Below, piece after piece: positions 33,595-41,420 of a stretch of DNA of 64,000 nt. The notes under the pieces were generated by a model that saw only the letters and a list, made by a program, of their open reading frames with translations, ran no database searches and had not been told where the DNA came from. The translations under genes and the position numbers were made by a program. This stretch comes from Alphaproteobacteria bacterium (GTDB lineage: Bacteria > Pseudomonadota > Alphaproteobacteria > MPNO01 > UBA830): NCBI GenBank assembly GCA_964291215.2, contig OZ219791.1, positions 1,539,200 to 1,603,199 of the forward strand, read 5' to 3'. How positions within the stretch are numbered: position 1 is the stretch's first letter; every line of letters begins with the position of its first letter.

Positions 33595-34149
33595 TCAGCG
33601 GTCAAGCGGCTCCGGATCGCCCTCGGGCGCTTCGACATCGAAGGCGGTAATGACCACCGACACCGCATGGTAAAAGCCGATCAGCGTGACCAGCTCGACC
33701 ATGCCATCCTCGCCGAATTCGCGCTGGCCGCGCGCAAAGCTGTCGTCGCCGAGCCTCCGAGTGTCGACAAGCTCGCGCACGAGATTGTAGACCAGCTCCT
33801 CGTCGTCCCTGAGATGCCGTGGCATGCGGCGGCGGCGGATATCGTCGATCGCGCGCTCGTCGATGCCGTAGCCGGCGGCGCGCGGCGCGTGGATGAACCA
33901 TTCATACTGCGCCGTGAAGCCACGGGCGATAACGATGATCGCAAGCTCCTTGAGGCGCAACGGGATGCGCGATGTCGACTCGGAGAGCGAGAGGTCGACG
34001 AGATTGGCAAACGGCTCAGCAAGTTCGGGAGTCCGCAAAAGGACAGCGAACGGTCCGCGGACCGGCGCCTTGCGCTGTGCCGAGATCAGCTCCGATACAC
34101 GCTTCTGGTCGGGTGATTGCCTTTCGGCCGGTATCGGATCGACGCGCAT
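33595..34149 (-). CDS. carboxymuconolactone decarboxylase (AhpD-like) family protein
   Basis: 184-aa all-helical protein (ELAIIVIARGFTAQYEWFIH). Start at MRVDPIP (34149). Confidence 0.7.
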   Translation of the reverse strand: MRVDPIPAERQSPDQKRVSELISAQRKAPVRGPFAVLLRTPELAEPFANLVDLSLSESTSRIPLRLKELAIIVIARGFTAQYEWFIHAPRAAGYGIDERAIDDIRRRRMPRHLRDDEELVYNLVRELVDTRRLGDDSFARGQREFGEDGMVELVTLIGFYHAVSVVITAFDVEAPEGDPEPLDR

Positions 34150-34263
34150 AAGTCCTGCCCCTCCATCTGGCGGCCTCATGACGTTCCGGACGGGACACCC
34201 GGCGCCGGCGGCCACTGCACCTCAACATGCCGCCGCGGCCGCGCACAATCAAGGCGGCTGGGC

Positions 34264-35067
34264 TCAGTGCGACAGTATCTGGCTGAGGAACAGCTGCGTG
34301 CGCTCGTTGCGCGGGTTGTTGAAGAACGCCTCTGGCGCGTTCTCCTCCACGATCTGGCCCTCATCCATGAAGATGACGCGATCGGCGACGCGGTTGGCAA
34401 AGCCCATCTCGTGAGTGACCACGAGCATTGTCATGCCGGTACCGGCAAGCTCGATCATGGTATCGAGAACTTCCTTGATCATCTCGGGGTCGAGCGCCGA
34501 TGTCGGCTCGTCGAACAGCATGATCCTCGGCTGCATGCAAAGCGCGCGGGCGATCGCGACACGCTGCTGCTGGCCGCCGGACAGCTGCCCGGGATACTTG
34601 TCCGCCTGTTCCGGAATCTGCACCCGCTCGAGATACTGGCGGGCGATGTCCTCGGCCTCGCGCTTCGGCATCCGGCGCACCCAGATCGGTGCCAGCGTGC
34701 AATTCTCGAGCACGGTGAGGTGCGGGAACAGGTTGAAGTGCTGAAACACCATGCCGACCTCCGAGCGAATCCGCTCGATGTTCTTGAGATCGCGGGTGAG
34801 TTCGACGCCGTCGACGACGATCCTGCCCTGCTGGTGGCTTTCCAGCCGGTTGATGCACCGGATGAGGGTGGATTTCCCGGATCCCGACGGCCCGCAGATG
34901 ACGATGCGCTCGCCAACCATGACGCTGAGATTGATCTCCTTGAGCACATGAAAGGCGCCGAACCACTTGTTCATGCCCTCGATCTCGATCATCGCCTGCG
35001 ACCGGTCGATAGCGGAATCCATAGGAACGCCGGCCGCACGGGCCTCGGTTGGCGGAATCTCGGTCAT
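34264..35067 (-). CDS. aapP: general L-amino acid ABC transporter, ATP-binding protein
   Basis: Walker [10 protein letters not shown], signature [15 protein letters not shown] and Walker [12 protein letters not shown]. Confidence 0.9.
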   Translation of the reverse strand: MTEIPPTEARAAGVPMDSAIDRSQAMIEIEGMNKWFGAFHVLKEINLSVMVGERIVICGPSGSGKSTLIRCINRLESHQQGRIVVDGVELTRDLKNIERIRSEVGMVFQHFNLFPHLTVLENCTLAPIWVRRMPKREAEDIARQYLERVQIPEQADKYPGQLSGGQQQRVAIARALCMQPRIMLFDEPTSALDPEMIKEVLDTMIELAGTGMTMLVVTHEMGFANRVADRVIFMDEGQIVEENAPEAFFNNPRNERTQLFLSQILSH

Positions 35068-35077
35068 GGCTCCTCCA

Positions 35078-36181
35078 TCACCGGTCTCCGGTGCTCAGGC
35101 GCTTCTCCAGCCACAGCGAGTATCGCGACATGGCAAAGCAACTGAGGAAGAAAAACAGGGCGATGAACAGATAGGTCTCGTTGGAAAGGCCGTTCCACTT
35201 GGCATCGGCGAGGATCGCCCGGGTCACGCCGAGCGGATCGAGAAGGCCAATGATCACGACCAGGGTGCTGTCCTTGTAGAGGCCGATGAAGACATTGACG
35301 ATCCCCGGAATCGAGATCTTGAGCGCCTGCGGAAGCGTGATCAGCCAGGTTGTCTTCCAGTAGGACAGTCCGAGCGCGTCGGCTGCCTCATACTGGCCGC
35401 GCGACAACGCCTGCAGGCCGCCGCGCACTGCTTCGGCGATATAGGCGGCGGCGAACAGCGAGACCATGATCAGCACGCGCACGAGGAGGTTGAAACTCGT
35501 CCCCGGCGGCAGGAAATAGTTGAGCATCGTCGACGCTACGAATAGGAGCGTGATCAGCGGGACGCCCCGGAACACCTCGATGAAGGCGGTGCAAATCACG
35601 CGTATGGCAAGGATCCGCGACTGGCGTCCGAGCGCAAGTACGATCCCGATCGGCAGCGATGCGACGATTCCGGTCACCCCGAGAATCATTGTCAGGAGGA
35701 ATCCGCCATAGGTGTCGGTATGGACCACCTCAAGGCCAAGACCGCCATAGATCAGCCAGGCAGCTAGCGCCGGATAGGCCATCGAGAACCAGAACAGTGG
35801 ACGGCGCCACGGAATGCGGTCGAACAGCACCGGCGCCAGCGCCACGAAGAGGAAGACGAAAGCAAGATTGGGACGCCAGCGCTGGGCTTCGGGATAGAAC
35901 CCGTAGACGAACTGGTCGATCCGCGTCAAGATCACCGCCCAGCAGGCGCCTTGCCCCAGTTCGCGACACTGCCTGCGCGAGCCGGCATCGACGACCGCGT
36001 CAAAAATGAACCAGTCGATGGCCGCACTTACCAACTCATAGATCAGCCACAGCGTGACCAGCGTCATCACGCTGTTGAACAGGGATGAGAACAGGTTGGC
36101 GCGCAGCCAGCCGACAACGCCCGTCGACCCGCGCGGCGGCGGCAGGGCGGCAAGGGGGACGAAGCGCTCGGTCGCAGCCAT
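35078..36181 (-). CDS. aapM: general L-amino acid ABC transporter permease
   Basis: 367-aa polytopic permease with an EAA-type loop ([23 protein letters not shown]). Gene order and sizes match aapJQMP. Confidence 0.85.
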   Translation of the reverse strand: MAATERFVPLAALPPPRGSTGVVGWLRANLFSSLFNSVMTLVTLWLIYELVSAAIDWFIFDAVVDAGSRRQCRELGQGACWAVILTRIDQFVYGFYPEAQRWRPNLAFVFLFVALAPVLFDRIPWRRPLFWFSMAYPALAAWLIYGGLGLEVVHTDTYGGFLLTMILGVTGIVASLPIGIVLALGRQSRILAIRVICTAFIEVFRGVPLITLLFVASTMLNYFLPPGTSFNLLVRVLIMVSLFAAAYIAEAVRGGLQALSRGQYEAADALGLSYWKTTWLITLPQALKISIPGIVNVFIGLYKDSTLVVIIGLLDPLGVTRAILADAKWNGLSNETYLFIALFFFLSCFAMSRYSLWLEKRLSTGDR

Positions 36182-36183
36182 GA

Positions 36184-37380
36184 TCAGCGCTCCACCAGCC
36201 GGACGCGCTCGTTGTACCAGTTCATGAACAGCGAAATGGCGAGCGAGAGCGCGAGGAAGATCAGCATCACGAGCATCATGGTTTCCATCTCGCGGCCAGT
36301 CTGGTTGAGGGTGATGCCGCCCAGCGTCGCGACGAGGTCCATGTAGCCGATGGCGATGGCAAGCGACGAGTTCTTCGTCAGGTCAAGATAGGACGATGTG
36401 AGCGGGGGGATGATGACCCGGAGCGCCTGCGGCAGAATCACGAGAGACAGCACCCGGTTGGGTCGCAGGCCGAGCGACTGCGCGGCCTCGGTCTGGCCGC
36501 GATCGATGGCAAGAATTCCGGCGCGCACGTTCTCGGCGATGAAGCCCGAGGTGTAGAAGGCGAGCGCCCAGGTCAGCGCGACAAACTCGGGAATCAGGTA
36601 GAGGCCGCCGCTGAAATTGAACCCGCGCAGTTCCGGCACGTCGAAAGACAGCGGCGCGCCGGCGGCAGCAAAGGCGGCACCGGGAATAAGGATTATGGCC
36701 GCCGCCGAGATCCAGCCGGCCGGCAGCTGCCGCCCCGTCGCGTTCTGCACGCGGCGGGCATGGGCGAACACCGCGAAGGCGAAGGCGATACCGATCAGGA
36801 GTGCCACCGCAACGGTCCACGAACCGTCCTGAAAGACCGGGCGGGGAACGTAGAATCCGCGATTGGAGAGGAAGACGGCATCGCCGATGGTCAGCGCCTG
36901 GCGCGGGTGCGGAAACGTGTTGATGATGATGCCGTGCCAGAGAAGGATCAGCAGCAGGACCGGCGAGTTCCGCGTGAACTCGACATAGACGTAGGCCAGC
37001 CGCGAAACCAGCCAGTTGTCCGAGAGCCGCAGCGCGCCGACCACGAACCCGAGCACGGTCGCGAGAGCGATGCCGACAATGGCGACGAGGCCGGTATTGA
37101 GGAGTCCGACGAACGCGGCCCGCAGATGGGTGTCGCGGTTGCTGTACTCTATAAGGGTCTGATTGATGTCGTAGTTTGCCGGCAGTTCCCAGAGAAAGTC
37201 GAACCCAAAAGTCTTGTCGATGGCGGCAAAGTTGGCGACGACATTGCTGATCAGCCAGGCGACGACGGCAAAGAAGCCGAACACCACCAGGATCTGGATG
37301 GCGACGCCGCGGATTTCCTCGTCGCGCCACAGCAACGAAAGCCGTAGGGTTCGTGGCGGTGTCATACCGGATGTCCGCAA
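36184..37380 (-). CDS. aapQ: general L-amino acid ABC transporter permease
   Basis: 398-aa permease with an EAA-type loop (EAAQSLGLRPNRVLSLVILPQAL). An alternative start is ATG 37365. Confidence 0.85.
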   Translation of the reverse strand: MRTSGMTPPRTLRLSLLWRDEEIRGVAIQILVVFGFFAVVAWLISNVVANFAAIDKTFGFDFLWELPANYDINQTLIEYSNRDTHLRAAFVGLLNTGLVAIVGIALATVLGFVVGALRLSDNWLVSRLAYVYVEFTRNSPVLLLILLWHGIIINTFPHPRQALTIGDAVFLSNRGFYVPRPVFQDGSWTVAVALLIGIAFAFAVFAHARRVQNATGRQLPAGWISAAAIILIPGAAFAAAGAPLSFDVPELRGFNFSGGLYLIPEFVALTWALAFYTSGFIAENVRAGILAIDRGQTEAAQSLGLRPNRVLSLVILPQALRVIIPPLTSSYLDLTKNSSLAIAIGYMDLVATLGGITLNQTGREMETMMLVMLIFLALSLAISLFMNWYNERVRLVER

Positions 37381-37443
37381 ACGCGATCAGCCTGCAACCG
37401 CGCCGCGGACGCGGTCAGGCTCACCGGTTGCCGGCCGGTCGGA

Positions 37444-37470
37444 GCGCCCCGCCCAGAGGGGGCGGGGCGC
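37444..37470 (-). terminator. GC-rich intercistronic hairpin after aapJ (attenuator/mRNA stabiliser candidate)
   Basis: On the minus strand, GCGCCCCGCCC-CCTCT-GGGCGGGGCGC: a perfect 11-bp stem with a 5-nt loop. It begins 9 nt after the aapJ stop. No T-run follows. Confidence 0.5.
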
Positions 37471-37478
37471 GCGGGACC

Positions 37479-38498
37479 TCACCGGAAGGGCGGAGAGTAA
37501 AGCAGGCCTCCATCCGTCCACAGCGCGTTAACGCCGCGGGAAAGGCCGAGGGCCGTCTTCTCGCCGAGATTGGCCTCGAAGACCTCGCCGTAATTGCCGA
37601 CCTGGGAAAGCAGATTGACTGCCCAGTCCGGGCTCAGGCCGAGCGCCTCCCGGCCCTGGAGGTTCTCCGTGCCGAGCAGACGGTTGACTTCCGGATTGTT
37701 GGTGCGGGCGGCGGCCATCTTCTTCACGTTCTTCGAGGTCACACCGAGCTCTTCCGCCGTAATCATTGCGTTGAGCGTCCAGCGAACGATATCCGCCCAC
37801 TGGTCGTCGCCCTGACGCACGGCGGGGCCGAGCGGCTCCTTGGAGATGATCTCGGGCAGAACCAAATGATCGTCAGGATTGTCGAACGTGGCGCGAGTTG
37901 CCGCGAGACCGGAGGCGTCCGTGGTATAGGCGTCGCAGCGCCCGGCTAGATAGTTGATCCGGGCCTCGGGGTTGGTCTCGATCGGAACCGGCTCGTAATT
38001 CATCTTGTTGACGCGGAAAAAGTCGGCGAGATTGAGTTCGGTCGTCGTTCCGGTCTGAATGCACACCGAAGCGCCGCCGAGTTCCTTCGCGGACTTGACG
38101 CCGAGTTTCTTGTTCACGATGAAGCCTTGGCCGTCGTAGTAGTTGACGCCGACGAAGGTCAGCTGCAGATCGACATCGCGGCTGAACGTCCAGGTCGTGT
38201 TGCGCGACAGCATGTCGATCTCGCCGGAGCGCAACGCGGTAAAGCGGGTCTTGCCGGTCAGGTTGGTGTACCTGATCTTGCCTGCGTCACCGAAAACGGC
38301 GGCCGCAACAGCGCGGCACAGATCGACATCGAAGCCTCGCCACACGCCCTTGTCATCGGGAGCAGCGAAGCCGACAAGTCCGGTATTGATTCCACACTGC
38401 AGGTGCCCACGCTTGCGGACGTCATCAAGCGTCCCTGCCTGCGCGGACACAGCCGCGACCACAACACCAGCCGCAACTGTCAGGATCAGTTTTTTCAT
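37479..38498 (-). CDS. aapJ: general L-amino acid ABC transporter substrate-binding protein
   Basis: Start set at MKKLILTVAAGVVVAAVSAQA (signal peptide), with GAGGAAG upstream. The 121-codon upstream extension of ORF 37479..38861 runs into a MITE. Confidence 0.9.
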   Translation of the reverse strand: MKKLILTVAAGVVVAAVSAQAGTLDDVRKRGHLQCGINTGLVGFAAPDDKGVWRGFDVDLCRAVAAAVFGDAGKIRYTNLTGKTRFTALRSGEIDMLSRNTTWTFSRDVDLQLTFVGVNYYDGQGFIVNKKLGVKSAKELGGASVCIQTGTTTELNLADFFRVNKMNYEPVPIETNPEARINYLAGRCDAYTTDASGLAATRATFDNPDDHLVLPEIISKEPLGPAVRQGDDQWADIVRWTLNAMITAEELGVTSKNVKKMAAARTNNPEVNRLLGTENLQGREALGLSPDWAVNLLSQVGNYGEVFEANLGEKTALGLSRGVNALWTDGGLLYSPPFR

Positions 38499-38681
38499 AA
38501 TTTCTTCCTCGCTGTAATAGGGGCTCGGCAATGCCCCCGTAAAAATGACCTCCGACGGCAGGGGCAGGGCACACCGCACCTCCCGATTCCGAAAGCGAGG
38601 CATTCCGGTATGGCGCCGACCGTCGCACGATAACTTAATATAATGCCGCCATACCGGTTTCAAGGCAAGGCGGACCGGCAT

Positions 38682-38884
38682 CACGACGATCCCACGCTGC
38701 CAATCCAGCGGCGACCGGCGAGATTTTTCGGTCTGCGTCGCGTTCCAATCGTGCCGCCAAGGCTCAATGAGACCTTCTCGGCGCGAAAAATTGCGATCAA
38801 GGGGCGATCTGTGATGACGCCAGCCCCAACGCACTCGGATTTCGCGTATCGGAATCAGCATGGGATCGCCGTGGGATCACCGTG
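38682..38884 (+). mobile_element. MITE copy 1 (ISAs1-like termini), 203 bp
   Basis: Termini are CACGACGATCCCACGCTG ... CAGCATGGGATCGCCGTG, followed by a tandemly repeated GGATCACCGTG. Flanked by GACCGGCAT / GGCCGGCAT (8/9). Confidence 0.8.
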
Positions 38885-39177
38885 GGCCGGCATGGCCGCC
38901 GAAGCTTCCCCGGATGCAACGATTTCCGCAGGGTGAACTCAAGGTCCGGCGGCCGGATCGCAAGGCCGGTCGAGGCCCGGGGCCAGTGTGTTCCGGATAC
39001 CGTGGTGCGGCACCGAGCCGCACCGCCTTGCCGACAACCTCCACCTGTCCGACGGATTCCGACCGGCAAGGACGCATCTCCGGCATGCCGGCCAATGCGA
39101 TTGATGCGCAGGCAGCGGAACAGCCGGGCAACCGCGGGGTTCGGATACCAGACGCCGCCCGGCAGCGTCCCGTACCG

Positions 39178-39795
39178 TCAGATCTGGTGGCTGAAAATGC
39201 GCCGCCCGTAGGTCCTCTCGACATGACGCCCGAACCGGAACTTGATTTCCGGTCCGTCCATGGGAGGAGCTTCGAGCCGCGCGTCTTCCGGAGTCATCGG
39301 CTTAAGTTCGAGCACGACGAAGCTGTGCCCCCCGCGATTGCCGCGAAAGGCCTGGTCAAATCCGTCGTCGAGCGCCTCCAGCGTATCGAAGGCAAAGGTG
39401 TGCTGAAGCCCCATTGCCTGTGCCATGCCGGTGTAGTCGTTCATCTGCCTGTTCGGCAGATCGATGTCTGACGTGCCACCATAGACCCGGTTGGAGACGA
39501 CGATATGGGTGAGGTTCGGCAAGTCGAGATCGCGTTCGACCATCAGCATACCTGGATTCATGCAGAAGGCGCCGTCGCCCATGAATGCCCAGACCTGAGC
39601 TTCCGGCACGCCGTAGGCGATCCCCGAACCAAACAATGTCGAAAGGCTCATCGAGGCGTCGAGATAGAAGACCTGTTCGGTATTCTTCGTGAGGTTCCAC
39701 CACATCTGGTTGGAATTGCCTGCCGACGGGATGACAAGCTCGTCGGTCCAGCGCGACACCAGATACTCGAAACCCGCCCTGAAGGGTATGGCCAC
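39178..39795 (-). CDS. ThDP-dependent decarboxylase, beta (PP-domain) subunit, sulfopyruvate/phosphonopyruvate decarboxylase-like
   Basis: 205 aa with the ThDP-binding GDG...N motif (FMGDGAFCMNPGMLMVERDLDLPNLTHIVVSN). Confidence 0.75.
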   Translation of the reverse strand: MAIPFRAGFEYLVSRWTDELVIPSAGNSNQMWWNLTKNTEQVFYLDASMSLSTLFGSGIAYGVPEAQVWAFMGDGAFCMNPGMLMVERDLDLPNLTHIVVSNRVYGGTSDIDLPNRQMNDYTGMAQAMGLQHTFAFDTLEALDDGFDQAFRGNRGGHSFVVLELKPMTPEDARLEAPPMDGPEIKFRFGRHVERTYGRRIFSHQI

Positions 39796-39798
39796 GGT

Positions 39799-40311
39799 TC
39801 AGGCCTCGCCGCGCAGCACGTCGCGGGTCAGGATCGTGGCGCTCGCCCGGCTGAACGTGCGCGAATGCTCGTACATCGTCGAGATATGGCGAAGACCGTC
39901 GCGGGAATCGATTATCATGTAGGGCAGGTCGACGGCATCGAGCACCGGCAGAAGGTAAAGGCCGTTCGACACATGGTGCTTGTGGGTGTCGCCCGGCGCA
40001 CCGCGCAGCGTGATCATGAAGAACACGGGGATCTCGTATGTGTAGTTGATCTTGGTGATGGCGTAGATCAGCGTCATCATTCCCGACGCGCCCATCAGCG
40101 CGACCGATCCCACGCCCGACATGAACGCGCCGGCGCACAGCCCGACGGCCGATTCTTCGCGGTTGACCGGGACATGGCGAAACCGCTCGTCGGCATCGAA
40201 GCCCCTGATCACTTCCGCCAGCCAGTTGTCGGGCAGACTGGCAACGAGTTCGATGCCGCAGGCCGCCGTCCGATCGACGATGATGCCGGCAACTTCCTCT
40301 CGATCATCCAT
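39799..40311 (-). CDS. ThDP-dependent decarboxylase, alpha (PYR-domain) subunit
   Basis: 170 aa from MDDREEV. PYR-domain pattern (VPVNREESAVGLCAGAFMSG). Lies 3 nt upstream of the beta subunit gene. Confidence 0.75.
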   Translation of the reverse strand: MDDREEVAGIIVDRTAACGIELVASLPDNWLAEVIRGFDADERFRHVPVNREESAVGLCAGAFMSGVGSVALMGASGMMTLIYAITKINYTYEIPVFFMITLRGAPGDTHKHHVSNGLYLLPVLDAVDLPYMIIDSRDGLRHISTMYEHSRTFSRASATILTRDVLRGEA

Positions 40312-40608
40312 TCGACTGCCTCCGAACGCCGCCGGACCGCTTTCCCGCGAGCCGCACCGCATCAAGCTAGCATCGCGGTATCGTCGAAAAAAGTGCCGGA
40401 CGCGGCGAGGCCGGGACTTTCCTCACGCTGTGGTTGATGTTTTGAATGACCGCTGAACGGGGCACAAATTTCCGCATTCTTGGCATGTTTTCCGGCTGCG
40501 GCGACCCGTGGACGGCCCCGCGGCCAGAAAACCCGGCAGGCTGTGCAACCTCACTCCATCAGCAGTCGGCAAGATCGAATGCAGCGTGGGAAAGTCCTGG
40601 CAGCGAGG

Positions 40609-40793
40609 CACGATGATCCATGCGGGGAAGTGGAATCCGGGTGCATCGAGGTTCGCGTTTTCGCAGATTCGGTTTCCCTGACCGCAACCTCTCCCGCCGG
40701 GCGGGCCTCAGGGAGCCACGAAGCCGGTCGCAACGCGGCCGGGGCTCGGGAACCACCGCCGATCATCGCGGGCTTCCAAGCATGGAATCGCTG
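40609..40793 (-). repeat. degenerate MITE copy 4
   Basis: CACGATGATCC-ATGCGG...GGAATCCGGGTGCATCGAGGTTCGCG...CAAGCATGGAATCGCTG aligns with the other copies along its length. By eye the identity is roughly 60-65 percent. Confidence 0.45.
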
Positions 40794-40807
40794 CGGCCAA
40801 TCGCTGT

Positions 40808-41331
40808 CACGATGATCCCATGCTAATTCGTGCCTGCCTAAAAATGTACAACCGAAAGATTCTATTGGCGAAATCGTGATATAGAGGGGGCGGAGAATCT
40901 CGCTTTGGGGCAGGAATTGACCGATCAGACCGGGAATCCGCCGGATTTTCGGAAAACTTCACGAGAATTGCCACGCGAAACGTTATCCGCCCGCAGCTGG
41001 AGTTGGACCAGGTCGCGCTGGATTCTCGGCTGGAAAGGCCCTGTGCCGAATCGGCAGCCCCCCTGGAAACGGAGCAACCGGAGGCCGCGGGAGTGGATCA
41101 AACCCGAAATTTCGCCGGAAGGTCAGTCAAAACGGTCATTTCCGCGCGGGCACTGATTCGGAGACGCGAAATCCGAATGCGTTGGGGCTCGCGTCATCAC
41201 GGATCGCCTCCTTGATCGCAATTTTCGTGTCGAGAAGACCCCATCGAATCTTGGCGGAACGACTGCAGCGCGAGGCAAACTGAAAAAAATCTCGCCAGTC
41301 GTCGCTGGATTAGCAGCGTGGGATCATCGTG
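40808..41331 (-). mobile_element. MITE copy 2 (199 bp plus a 325-bp nested insertion)
   Basis: Termini are CACGATGATCCCATGCTA ... CAGCGTGGGATCATCGTG. Perfect 9-bp direct repeats AATCGCTGT sit at 40799..40807 and 41332..41340. Confidence 0.85.
40831..41155. mobile_element. unclassified 325-bp insertion inside MITE copy 2
   Basis: Absent from copies 1 and 3 at the homologous point. Flanked by ATTCG (40826..40830 and 41156..41160). The ends TGCCTGCCTAAAAATG and the reverse complement TGCCCGCGCGGAAATG match at 11/16. No credible ORF. Confidence 0.5.
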
Positions 41332-41420
41332 AATCGCTGTGACAGCCCGTTGCAAATCGGGCAGGTTCCGGATACCATGCGACGGTTCCCAACGAACCTC
41401 AACCTGCAAGGAGGTCTGTC

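Noticed and set aside
38499-38861. N-terminal 121-codon extension of the AapJ ORF.
   Set aside because: The signal peptide and a good Shine-Dalgarno sequence sit at ATG 38498. The extension runs through the promoter region and into MITE copy 1.
38894-39177. Possible gene between MITE copy 1 and the ThDP decarboxylase beta subunit.
   Set aside because: I translated all six frames by eye. None gives a protein-like sequence or a start signal. I treat it as the 3-prime untranslated or terminator region.
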